The translations under genes were made by a program, and so were the position numbers. A stretch of DNA of 64,000 nt from Acidobacteriaceae bacterium (lineage in GTDB: Bacteria > Acidobacteriota > Terriglobia > Terriglobales > Acidobacteriaceae): positions 26,828 through 90,827 of the forward strand of contig DAIDGZ010000082.1 of assembly GCA_027452125.1 (NCBI GenBank), written 5' to 3'. This document shows, piece by piece, positions 7,640-16,571 of this stretch; position 1 is the first letter of the stretch; every line of letters begins with the position of its first letter. The notes beneath the pieces were generated by a model. It was not told the DNA's origin. It was given only the letters and a program-made list of their open reading frames with translations, and searched no databases.

Positions 7640-10015
7640 TCAGAGATGGCTGGGCGGCTTCAAGGTGGGCTGCGGCTGTCCGAGTGTAATGGATGCGGGT
7701 GTGCTTCCGCTTAGGTTGGCACTGCTACCCAGGCTAGGTGAGCCGCTTTCTACTGCGGCGCAATAATTCCGGATATCGCGCAGAATCTCTGCCTTTTCCC
7801 GGGCATACTGCCCAGCCAGCCGGGTTAGGGCATACGTGATGATGTCGCTGTGATGAAGATCGCCCATTGAGGGATCGCGACGCATGTTCAGCCATAGCCG
7901 GTGGACTAGTTGCACGTCGTCCGGCGTTAGGGATGGTGCGTGTGGTCCAATGTAGAAGACCTTAACCTCGCCAGACGGCCCGACCACATAGAAGTTGAAC
8001 TGACGCTTCGGCTCGGGCAAGGCCTCCCATGCCTGGCCCAAATGGAATGCCTGTTCCTCGGCGGTCATTGAACTCGAGAGGCCGGAGACTACTGATTCCA
8101 CTTCAAGCGAGTTAGCCGTTTGCGCCAACGCAGCAAAGACGTCGCCTGCCGGTGCCACCAGCAGTGACACCTTCTTGCCGAAGCTCTCTGCCACAGAGAC
8201 AGCCTTGGTGAAGAGCATTTGCTCATGTTCGCTAAAGCTCTGCTGGTCGGCGCTCAAATATTCAGGGCCGCCTGCACCCATCATGCGTACGCTGATCACC
8301 ACCACGTCGCGGTCGTCGGTGTTGGTGCGAGCCAGAGTCCACTTCAGTGCGAGAGGATTAGCAGCGTCGCGCATGGTCACCATAATGCCGCCGGGGCGGA
8401 GAGCCACGGTCTCGCGACTGATGGTGTCCTGATGTTCCAGTTGAAAATGGTCCTTCATCTGGCGCGCGGTTAGTGCATGCTTCCGCAGGTTAATACGCTC
8501 GGAGATAGTGAAAACAGTGAAGAAGCTTGCCGAGAAAATAAGGCCGCTTACTGTAGCAACTGACTTCGTAAACAAGTTCACCACTGCTGTAGCCAGCAGC
8601 ACCATGAATACAGAAAATAGCCCCAGGGGAATCTCAGTATTGCCGATACGCAGATTCATCGGCACCTTCCATCCGCGCTCCCCGTGGTATTTCCAGCGCA
8701 GCACTAGCATGGCCAAGCCATTGAAAGTGAAGGACCAGATTACGCCGAAGGCATACGCCTCACCGAGCATGATCACATCGCCACGGCTGGCGACGATGGT
8801 GAACATTTGCAAAACGAATATCAGATTGACGATGCGGTAGCTGGTGCCGAATTTGTGATGCGGCTTACGAAACCAGTCTGTGAGCACGCCATCTTCCGCC
8901 ACGCGCATCAGTACGCCCGCCGAGCCAATTATGGAAGTATTGATGGCTCCAGAGAGGATAAGAAAACCTACGAGAACAACAAAGATGCGGAAGGCGATGC
9001 GTAGTGCCAGAGGCCCTACCATGTACATGGCCAGTCCGGCGATCAGGTTGTCCTGGTAGATCTGGGTGCGCGGCCCGGTGGGGATGAGCATGGAGGCCAG
9101 CAGGGTAGCGCCGCCGGTAAAGATGAGGCTGTATATGGCGATGACAATGGCCGCGCGCTTCAGGTTCTTGAGTTTCGGATGCGCAATCTCACGATTCACC
9201 TGCGCCAGGCTCTCTTCGCCGCTCATGGCTAGGATCGAGTGGCCGAAGGCCATGAGAATACCGAAGAGACCAGCGATGGGCAAGCCCCTTCCATGCAGGA
9301 AGCCCAGTGCATCCTTGCTGAAGTTGAGATGCGCGGGAATAGGCGATGGCGGCAGGTGCGCCCCACGGATAATGACCGAGTACACGCCCCAGAACATAAG
9401 GATGATCACCATGACTGTGGTGATCTGCATGATCCGCATTGCCTTGCTGCTTGATTCTTCGATGCCCTTGATGTTTTCCCACCAGTAATAGATGGTCACG
9501 ATTGCGGCGAATACTGCCGACGTGTAGTTCATATCGAACTGGAAGGGGTTACCGCGAGGATCCATCAGAGCGGGCGGCAGCCAGTGGCTCTGCGCCGCCA
9601 CCGTCATCAGTTCGTTCATCAGGCCTGTTATGTATTGGCCGGCAGACACGCCGGAGATCGGTCCGGTGAGGATATAGTCAAACATCAGGGCGGAGACGCT
9701 GAGCTTGGCAAAGTTGCCGCCTAGTGCCTCTTTGACCACGCGGTAGACGCCGCCTCGGGTGAACATGGAACAGCTTTCCACGTACACTGCACGTACGCCG
9801 AAGCTGAACAACATGATGCCCAGAATGAACCAGGGTGCAGAGGCGCCAATAGCCTGCTCGGCGATGCCGCCAGCATAGAAGGCCGACGAGCCAAGGTCAT
9901 TGAGAACAATGGCCGCCGCACGCCAGAAGGAGATGAAGGTGAGCATCACAGAGGATGCCACAATGAGCCGTACGCGGTCGGAGGCTGGGGCAGTAGTCGT
10001 TCGGGTCGTCGCCAT
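7640..10015 (-). CDS. APC family permease, KimA/YdaO-like, with cytoplasmic C-terminal domain
   Basis: About 12 TM; DLGSSAFY, GGVYRVVKEALG, SALMFDYILT, SGEES, AYAFGV. Confidence 0.88.
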   Translation of the reverse strand: MATTRTTTAPASDRVRLIVASSVMLTFISFWRAAAIVLNDLGSSAFYAGGIAEQAIGASAPWFILGIMLFSFGVRAVYVESCSMFTRGGVYRVVKEALGGNFAKLSVSALMFDYILTGPISGVSAGQYITGLMNELMTVAAQSHWLPPALMDPRGNPFQFDMNYTSAVFAAIVTIYYWWENIKGIEESSSKAMRIMQITTVMVIILMFWGVYSVIIRGAHLPPSPIPAHLNFSKDALGFLHGRGLPIAGLFGILMAFGHSILAMSGEESLAQVNREIAHPKLKNLKRAAIVIAIYSLIFTGGATLLASMLIPTGPRTQIYQDNLIAGLAMYMVGPLALRIAFRIFVVLVGFLILSGAINTSIIGSAGVLMRVAEDGVLTDWFRKPHHKFGTSYRIVNLIFVLQMFTIVASRGDVIMLGEAYAFGVIWSFTFNGLAMLVLRWKYHGERGWKVPMNLRIGNTEIPLGLFSVFMVLLATAVVNLFTKSVATVSGLIFSASFFTVFTISERINLRKHALTARQMKDHFQLEHQDTISRETVALRPGGIMVTMRDAANPLALKWTLARTNTDDRDVVVISVRMMGAGGPEYLSADQQSFSEHEQMLFTKAVSVAESFGKKVSLLVAPAGDVFAALAQTANSLEVESVVSGLSSSMTAEEQAFHLGQAWEALPEPKRQFNFYVVGPSGEVKVFYIGPHAPSLTPDDVQLVHRLWLNMRRDPSMGDLHHSDIITYALTRLAGQYAREKAEILRDIRNYCAAVESGSPSLGSSANLSGSTPASITLGQPQPTLKPPSHL

Positions 10016-10085
10016 CGCAAGGGGGCCGGCATGGAGTCCGGCGTTCTAGAGTCGAGGGAGCGTTACCGTCGCCCACCCTGCGGTG

Positions 10086-10114
10086 AGTCTATGGCTGAAT
10101 CCGGGGGGTGTCAA
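10086..10114 (-). promoter_or_regulatory. Sigma70 promoter of the APC permease
   Basis: TTGACA-N17-TAGACT on the minus strand. Confidence 0.7.
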
Positions 10115-10170
10115 TGAAAATGGAACAAAGATACGTGAATTGATTTTCAATCGGTAGAAAAATCAATAAG

Positions 10171-10296
10171 TTAATCTTTGCCGAAAAGCTCATGGGCATC
10201 TTCAATAAAGCTGATGAAGATGACAACAGCCGAACCTACCAAGCCGAGGAAAAACATTCCTTCTAAGAGCTTCATTCCCAAAATCGCTAATGACAT
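10171..10296 (-). CDS. 41-aa single-TM small protein
   Basis: MSLAILGMKLLEGMFFLGLVGSAVVIFISFIEDAHELFGKD; TACAAT-N6-ATG upstream. Confidence 0.65.
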   Translation of the reverse strand: MSLAILGMKLLEGMFFLGLVGSAVVIFISFIEDAHELFGKD

Positions 10297-10367
10297 GCGA
10301 GTATTGTAGCGCGACTTGCACCAGAGCTTCCTGATAAATTCCCATCTCGTCCTGTGGTGACGGGGCA

Positions 10368-12038
10368 ATGCGATACACTCGCCCCTGTATGCTTTGCCGA
10401 GAGTGGAGGTTGTGGGTTGCAGCGGTTGTCTCCGCCGCCCTGCTTGAGTTGTCGTTTCCCCTGGCCGGGCCGCTGCCTGAGTGGCGCACCGTCTTTGCCT
10501 GGATAGGCTTTGTTCCGTTGCTATGGGCAGTTCTGACGGCAACTCAGGAACAGAGCGGATTGCGCAAATCCTTTCTGCTGGCCTACGTGTGCGGCGTTCT
10601 GTGGTACGTCGGCAACTGCTACTGGATCTACGACACCATGCTATTGCACGGCGGGCTGTCGCCGCTCGTCTCAGCGCTGCTGCTGCTGGGCTTCAGCCTG
10701 GTGCTGGGCGCCTACTTCGGCTTCTTTGGACTCGGGGTGGCGCTGGTACGTCGTGCCACCGGCAGCACGCGGCTGGCGCTGGCTTCAGCGCCGGTGCTGT
10801 GGGTTGCGCTGGAACTTGCCGGCGCTCGTATCACTTGTGTCCCCTGGGACCAGCTTGGCTACTCGCAGGTAGACAACGCGCTCCTGACTCGTTTAGCGCC
10901 GTGGACCGGCGTGTACGGTATCAGCTTTGTGCTGGTGGTGGTGAATGCGCTCGTTGCCGGCGGCTTAACGCTGACCAAATGCCGTGGCCGGCGCATCAGT
11001 GCCATTGCCGGCGTGGTGCTCATGTTCGCGGGAACCGCCGGCCTTTTCGTACAGCCTCCGCTGCCCCCCGCGACGGCTACGGCTGTGCTGGTGCAGCCCA
11101 ACCTGGACGTTTCGGCGAACAATGACTGGATGGGGGCGAGTTGGAATCAGCATCTGGCGCAGTTTGACCGCATGGCCCATGAGAGCTGCAAAAGCTGGAT
11201 CGCGGGTATCCCGCAAACTGGCGCGCCGGTGATTACGCCAGTGTGTCCGCAGCCTGCATCTGCGCCGGCGTTGGTGGCCTGGCCGGAGTCGCCCGCACCC
11301 TTCTTTGACGAGGATCCCCGCTTTATGCGGGCCATGGGCACGATTGCTCGCGACGTGCAGGCTCCACTCGTGGTCAACGCCATCGGGTCTGGAGGCCTGT
11401 TGCCCGATGGCGGTGAGAAGTACTATGTGTCCGCCGTCATCATTGGCTCCGATGGCCAGCGCGTGGGCCGTTACGACAAAATTCATCTGGTTCCCTTCGG
11501 CGAGTACATCCCCTTCCAGAACCTGCTCTTCTTTGCCCACAAGCTCACCGGCCGGGTCAGCAGCTTCTCGCGCGGCGAGATGCGCACCGTCTTCCGCCTC
11601 AACGGCCACCGCTACGGCGTCTTCATCTGCTACGAGGCGGTTTTTGCCGATGAGGTGCGACAGTTTGCCCGCCTCGGTGCGGAGGTGCTGCTCAATATCA
11701 GCGATGACGGCTGGTATGGCGACACCAGCGCCCCCTGGCAGCATCTGAACATGGCGCGCATGCGGGCTGTCGAGAACCATCGCTGGCTGTTGCGCGACAC
11801 CAATAACGGCGTCACCTGCGTCATTGATCCCTACGGCCGTGTGCGCCAGAGCATTTCCCGCCACGCAGTGGACGCGTTGCCGGCCGCCTTTGGCTACTGT
11901 GACGACACCACCTTCTACACCGAACACGGCGATGTGTTCGCATGGCTGTGTGCCATACTGGCTATAAGCATTGCGGGTTGGTCAGCGCGGCGGCTGTTGA
12001 ACAGTGCAGTTGTCTGGGCAAAGCAACAATCCCGCTGA
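10368..12038 (+). CDS. lnt: Apolipoprotein N-acyltransferase
   Basis: PWDQLGYSQ, VQPN, WPES, YDKIHLVPFGEYIP, ICYEAVF, NISDDGWYG (E-K-C triad). True start may be ATG 10389. Confidence 0.96.
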   Translation: MRYTRPCMLCREWRLWVAAVVSAALLELSFPLAGPLPEWRTVFAWIGFVPLLWAVLTATQEQSGLRKSFLLAYVCGVLWYVGNCYWIYDTMLLHGGLSPLVSALLLLGFSLVLGAYFGFFGLGVALVRRATGSTRLALASAPVLWVALELAGARITCVPWDQLGYSQVDNALLTRLAPWTGVYGISFVLVVVNALVAGGLTLTKCRGRRISAIAGVVLMFAGTAGLFVQPPLPPATATAVLVQPNLDVSANNDWMGASWNQHLAQFDRMAHESCKSWIAGIPQTGAPVITPVCPQPASAPALVAWPESPAPFFDEDPRFMRAMGTIARDVQAPLVVNAIGSGGLLPDGGEKYYVSAVIIGSDGQRVGRYDKIHLVPFGEYIPFQNLLFFAHKLTGRVSSFSRGEMRTVFRLNGHRYGVFICYEAVFADEVRQFARLGAEVLLNISDDGWYGDTSAPWQHLNMARMRAVENHRWLLRDTNNGVTCVIDPYGRVRQSISRHAVDALPAAFGYCDDTTFYTEHGDVFAWLCAILAISIAGWSARRLLNSAVVWAKQQSR

Positions 12039-12112
12039 CGCGCTGGATTGTAAGCCAGCGCACGGCGCGGCTAACTCGCTAATTCATTTCAAGTCAGGTT
12101 CCAAGAGCAAGC

Positions 12113-13250
12113 ATGTCAGTCAACGATCTCGAATTCGCTTACTCCCCGGTTCGCGACCAAGTTCGCGACCTGCGGGAGTATCTTTGACCCCGCTCGCATC
12201 CGCCGGGAACTCTCTGAGATAGAAGTCAAACTAGCTGATCCGGCCATGTGGAGCAATCCCGAGGCTAGCAAGCCTCTCATGCGCGATCGCAAGCGGCTGG
12301 AGCAGTTGGTGGCCGACGATGACGAGCTGGTGCGCCGCACCGGTGATATCGAAGCCTACTTTGAGCTGGCCCGCGAGGGTGAGGATGTGCTTGCCGATCT
12401 GGAGCAGGGCATCAAGGAGCTAATCGCCTTTACGGAGGAGTTGGAGGCCCGCACCATGCTTAGTGGCGAGGCCGATCCGCTCAACGCCATCGTTACCGTG
12501 CATCCCGGTGCCGGTGGCACCGAGAGCCAGGACTGGGCGGAGATGCTGCTGCGCATGTATCTGCGCTGGGCTGAGCAGCAGGGCTTCAAGACTGAGATTA
12601 ACGATTATCAGGACGGCGAAGAGGCGGGCATCAAGTCGGCCACCTTTACCATCATGGGCGATTTTGCCTTTGGCATGCTGGCCGGCGAGAGTGGCGTACA
12701 CCGGCTGGTGCGCATCTCGCCTTTTGACTCTGCCAAGCGGCGGCATACGTCGTTTGCATCGGTGTTTGTGTCGCCGGAGATCGATGACTCGATCCAAGTG
12801 GATGTGAAGCAGGAAGATCTACGCGTGGACACCTACCGCTCTGGCGGCAAGGGGGGCCAGCACGTGAATACAACAGACTCGGCGGTGCGCATCACGCACA
12901 ACCCTACGGGAATCGTTGTGCAGTGCCAGAACGAGCGTTCGCAGCACAAGAACCGCGAGAAGGCGATGAAGATGCTGCGTTCACGGCTCTACGAGTACGA
13001 GTTGGAGAAAAAGCGCGCGGAGAGCAAGAAGCTGGAAGACTCCAAGCTGGAGATCAATTTCGGGTCGCAGATTCGCAGCTATGTACTGCAGCCTTACCGT
13101 ATGGCTAAGGACCACCGCACCAAGGTGGAAGTGGGCGACGTGGACAAGGTGCTCGATGGCTACCTGGAGCCGTTTCTAAAGGGTTACCTGCTGGCCAAGC
13201 GCCGCGGTACCGCTGGACAGATAGTTGCCGATGACGATCTGGATGTATGA
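12113..13250 (+). CDS. prfB: Peptide chain release factor 2, with programmed +1 frameshift
   Basis: ATG 12113 gives MSVNDLEFAYSPVRDQVRDLREYL, then CTT TGA C at 12182-12188 with internal SD GGGAG upstream; the +1 frame carries the SPF and GGQ motifs. Confidence 0.97.
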
Positions 13251-13312
13251 CGAAGAGGACTCGCGAAAGCAGTGAAATCAATCGATATGCATCAAATCAA
13301 CAGGAAATAGGG

Positions 13313-13756
13313 ATGAACGATCGAGCCACAATCGACGAGATGTTGCGTACGGCGAAGAACATTGCCGTGATTGGTGTAAGCGACAAGCCGTGGCGCGCCA
13401 GCCACAATATCACCCGTTACCTGATGCAGAGCGGCTATTGCGTCTTCCCGGTAAATCCTGTCCTTAAAGAGGTGTTGGGTTCTCCGGTCCACGCTGACCT
13501 AGATGCCGCGCAGGCAGCCGCGCAGGCGGCGACTGGCAAAGGAATTGACCTCGTAGACGTGTTTCGCGCGTCCGAGCACGTGCCGCCCATCGTGGACGAC
13601 GTAATCCGTTTGGGCATCCCGTATCTGTGGTTGCAGGACGAAGTGGTGCATGATGAGGCTGTGGCCTGTGCGCAAGCCGCAGGTGTCAAGTGCGTGCAAA
13701 ATGACTGCATATTCCGCGAACATGCCGCTCGCCCGGAGTTGCATGGCGCGCGGTGA
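13313..13756 (+). CDS. CoA-binding protein (YccU-like)
   Basis: IAVIGVSDKPWRAS, PVNP, IDLVDVFR, LWLQ. Confidence 0.9.
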   Translation: MNDRATIDEMLRTAKNIAVIGVSDKPWRASHNITRYLMQSGYCVFPVNPVLKEVLGSPVHADLDAAQAAAQAATGKGIDLVDVFRASEHVPPIVDDVIRLGIPYLWLQDEVVHDEAVACAQAAGVKCVQNDCIFREHAARPELHGAR

Positions 13757-13806
13757 ACTCGGTCCGCTACACTGAGAGCATCGGCTGGGAAGTCAGCTGA
13801 TGCATT

Positions 13807-15900
13807 GTGATGCGCACTTTCCGCTTTCTTGCCGCCCTTCTTACGCTGGCTGCCAGCCTGCCCGCGCTCGCAGCAACGCTTTCTTCGTCCGCGGACGTGG
13901 CGCATTTGCATGTGCAACTGGTGCTGCCCAACGACCAGCTTTATCCCGGCGGCAGAAATCAGATTGGCCTCTACTTCAAACTGGAACCGGGTTGGCATGT
14001 CTACTGGCAGAACGCCGGCGATTCCGGCGAGCCACCCCGCATCCAGTGGACCCTGCCCGCTGGCGTTACCGCCGATCCCATGGAGTTCCCCGCGCCACAG
14101 CGCCTGCCCCTTGGTCCCCTGATGGACTTTGGCTACCAGAACGAGGTGTTGTTTCCTGTCCATATGCAGGTAGCTCTGAGCGTGAAGGACGGCCCCGCCC
14201 TCCTTCATGCCAAGGTGAACTGGCTGGTCTGCCGCGAGGTCTGCATTCCCGGCCATGCCGAACTGGAGCTTGGCGTCCACCTGGTGCCGCACAAGCCTGA
14301 GGTGATCTCCGGCTCTGGGATGGACAGTGCTCTGATGGCCCGTCTCGCTGCCACTCTGCCGACTGTGCTTCCAGCTACGGACCGCGTTCTTTTTCAGCCC
14401 ACTGATGCTGGTTTCCGCCTGGGCGTCTGGACTGGTCAGCGTGAAGCCATTGCCACCTTTTTCCCCCTCGATCAGGATCTGGTTTCCAATCCAGCGCCGC
14501 AAAAAGCTATTCCGACCGCCAACGGCGTGGTGGTCGAGCTGAAAAAGGATCCTAGCGCTAGCACTACTCCCGCTCAGCTAAAAGGCGTGCTGGAGCTTTC
14601 AGGCGGGCGTAATTATCTGATCGCTGCTTCCCGGGGCGTCGTGGCCGTGCCGCGCACGTTTGCCCCGCTCAACCTCCTGCGCATCGTCCTGCTGGCCTTC
14701 CTCGGCGGCCTGCTGCTGAACCTGATGCCGTGCGTCTTCCCGGTACTGTTCCTCAAGGGATTGGCACTGGTTCGCTCCGGTAGCGAGCAGCGGCACGCCC
14801 TCAGGATGCATGGCATCGTCTACACCACGGGTATAGTTCTCTCGTTCTGGGCGCTTGTGGCTGCGCTGCTGGGTCTGCGCGCCGCCGGAACTTCGCTTGG
14901 CTGGGGATTCCAGTTCCAGTCGCCAGCTTTTGTCGCCCTGATGGCATCTCTGCTCTTCTTTCTGGGACTCTCTTTGGCGGGGCAGTTTGAGATTGGCCTC
15001 TCGCTCACCAGTGCCGGCGGTGGGCTGGCCGCAAGACAGGGGTACACAGGCAGCTTCTTTACCGGTGTGCTGGCTGTCATCGTAGCCACGCCCTGCACGG
15101 CTCCTTTTATGGGTGCCGCTGTAGGCTACGCGCTTACCCAACCTGCCGCCGTCACTTTCGCTGTCTTTACGGCTCTGGCTGTGGGACTGGCTACACCCTA
15201 CGTGGCACTCACGCTGCAGCCGGCCTGGACGCGGTGGTTGCCTCGTCCCGGTGTCTGGATGGAGGTGCTTAAGCAGGCTGTATCGGTGCCCATCTTTTTC
15301 ACCGTTATCTGGCTGGCGTGGGTGCTGGCTGCCTACGGAGCCAACCTGCTCGCCGCTCTGCTCTGCGGCTTGCTGCTGCTGGCCGTTGCCGGATGGTTTC
15401 TGGGCCGCTGGCCAGGCAAGCGCTGGGCCACTGTGGTAGCCGCGTTGCTTGCACTCAGTGTTACCGCACTCTGCATTTTGGCTCCGTCGCGCCTAGCAGA
15501 CACCGCCCCGCAGAAGAGTGTTCCCAATTCATCCGGGCAGGGCATGTGGCAACCCTGGTCGCAGACTGCTGTCCAGCGGGCTCTGACTCAGGGCCGTCCG
15601 GTCTTTGTCGACTTTACCGCTAAATGGTGTCTCAGTTGCCAGGTCAACGAGCGCGCCGCTCTTACCCGGCCTGAGGTGCAAGCTGGCTTCACGCAGTCCA
15701 ATGTTGCCCTTTTCAAAGCTGACTGGACCCAGCATGACGACGCCATCACCCAGGAGCTGGCGAGCCTAGGCCGCGATGCCGTCCCCACCTATGCGCTCTA
15801 CTCCCCAGGTCAATCTGTTCCACAGCTTCTCCCAGAGGTGCTCACCCCGGGAATTGTCCTTGATGCTCTGCAGAAGATGAAGGCAAAGAACAAGGACTAG
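13807..15900 (+). CDS. dsbD: Protein-disulfide reductase, DsbD family
   Basis: GWHVYW.N.GDSG, CREVCIP, NLMPCVFPVL, ATPCTAPFM, thioredoxin WCLSC. Confidence 0.93.
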   Translation: MMRTFRFLAALLTLAASLPALAATLSSSADVAHLHVQLVLPNDQLYPGGRNQIGLYFKLEPGWHVYWQNAGDSGEPPRIQWTLPAGVTADPMEFPAPQRLPLGPLMDFGYQNEVLFPVHMQVALSVKDGPALLHAKVNWLVCREVCIPGHAELELGVHLVPHKPEVISGSGMDSALMARLAATLPTVLPATDRVLFQPTDAGFRLGVWTGQREAIATFFPLDQDLVSNPAPQKAIPTANGVVVELKKDPSASTTPAQLKGVLELSGGRNYLIAASRGVVAVPRTFAPLNLLRIVLLAFLGGLLLNLMPCVFPVLFLKGLALVRSGSEQRHALRMHGIVYTTGIVLSFWALVAALLGLRAAGTSLGWGFQFQSPAFVALMASLLFFLGLSLAGQFEIGLSLTSAGGGLAARQGYTGSFFTGVLAVIVATPCTAPFMGAAVGYALTQPAAVTFAVFTALAVGLATPYVALTLQPAWTRWLPRPGVWMEVLKQAVSVPIFFTVIWLAWVLAAYGANLLAALLCGLLLLAVAGWFLGRWPGKRWATVVAALLALSVTALCILAPSRLADTAPQKSVPNSSGQGMWQPWSQTAVQRALTQGRPVFVDFTAKWCLSCQVNERAALTRPEVQAGFTQSNVALFKADWTQHDDAITQELASLGRDAVPTYALYSPGQSVPQLLPEVLTPGIVLDALQKMKAKNKD

Positions 15901-16385
15901 AGACTCGGAAACAGGAAAATCTGCCAGGAGGTGGCCTGTCTGGTATCTGACTATGCTCTACCACCCAATTTCAGTCTTTTCCGTCAATTGCAATCGATCA
16001 TCCCGCATATCCAATTCCATGGTACCGCCAGGCCATTCCGAAGTGCTCACGGGGATTTAGCTACACCATTGAGCGAGTGGAATTGCAGGCCGATCTTATT
16101 ACCGTGAAGCCTGCCCACGACGTTTGATGGAATCTGTGTGGATTCGCTCCAAAACAAAACCTAGTCTTTACATCCAACTACCGATGTAAGGACAGGTTAT
16201 GATCCCGATATGAAGAGGCAGCGCTGCTGAATTGATTGCCCGTCTATCCCCTCAGTGGACATACCATAAATTGCAATTCCTCTGGAAAAGTATGACCTTT
16301 GCATATCTAATACATAAGTCATCGACTTTTTACCTTCCCGCTCGTCATCCTATATGTAAATGAATAGTCCTTAACCTAGATGCAG

Positions 16386-16482
16386 TAGAAAACATTTTTC
16401 TATTGACAATGACTCACAGGTAAAGCTACAGTGGTTTACCATACCCAAGCTTATGTGATCCCCTTGTGCCTGAAATGTTTCA
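16386..16482 (+). promoter_or_regulatory. Promoter and LacI-like operators of TonB receptor 1
   Basis: Palindrome TAGAAAA-CAT-TTTTCTA abutting TTGACA-N18-TACAGT; TGAAATGTTTCA at 16471-16482. Confidence 0.6.
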
Positions 16483-16571
16483 TCTAGAAATGAATTGCAT
16501 TCAGGAAAGCCATGCGGGATCCGTAAGAACAACTGGGACCGATACACTCAAGGAGGCTGGGAGACTGGGCC

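Noticed and set aside
10094-10110. GCTGAATCC resembling the start of a c-di-AMP (ydaO) riboswitch near a KimA-like gene
   Set aside because: It is on the wrong strand, the downstream riboswitch elements are absent, and it lies in the promoter spacer.
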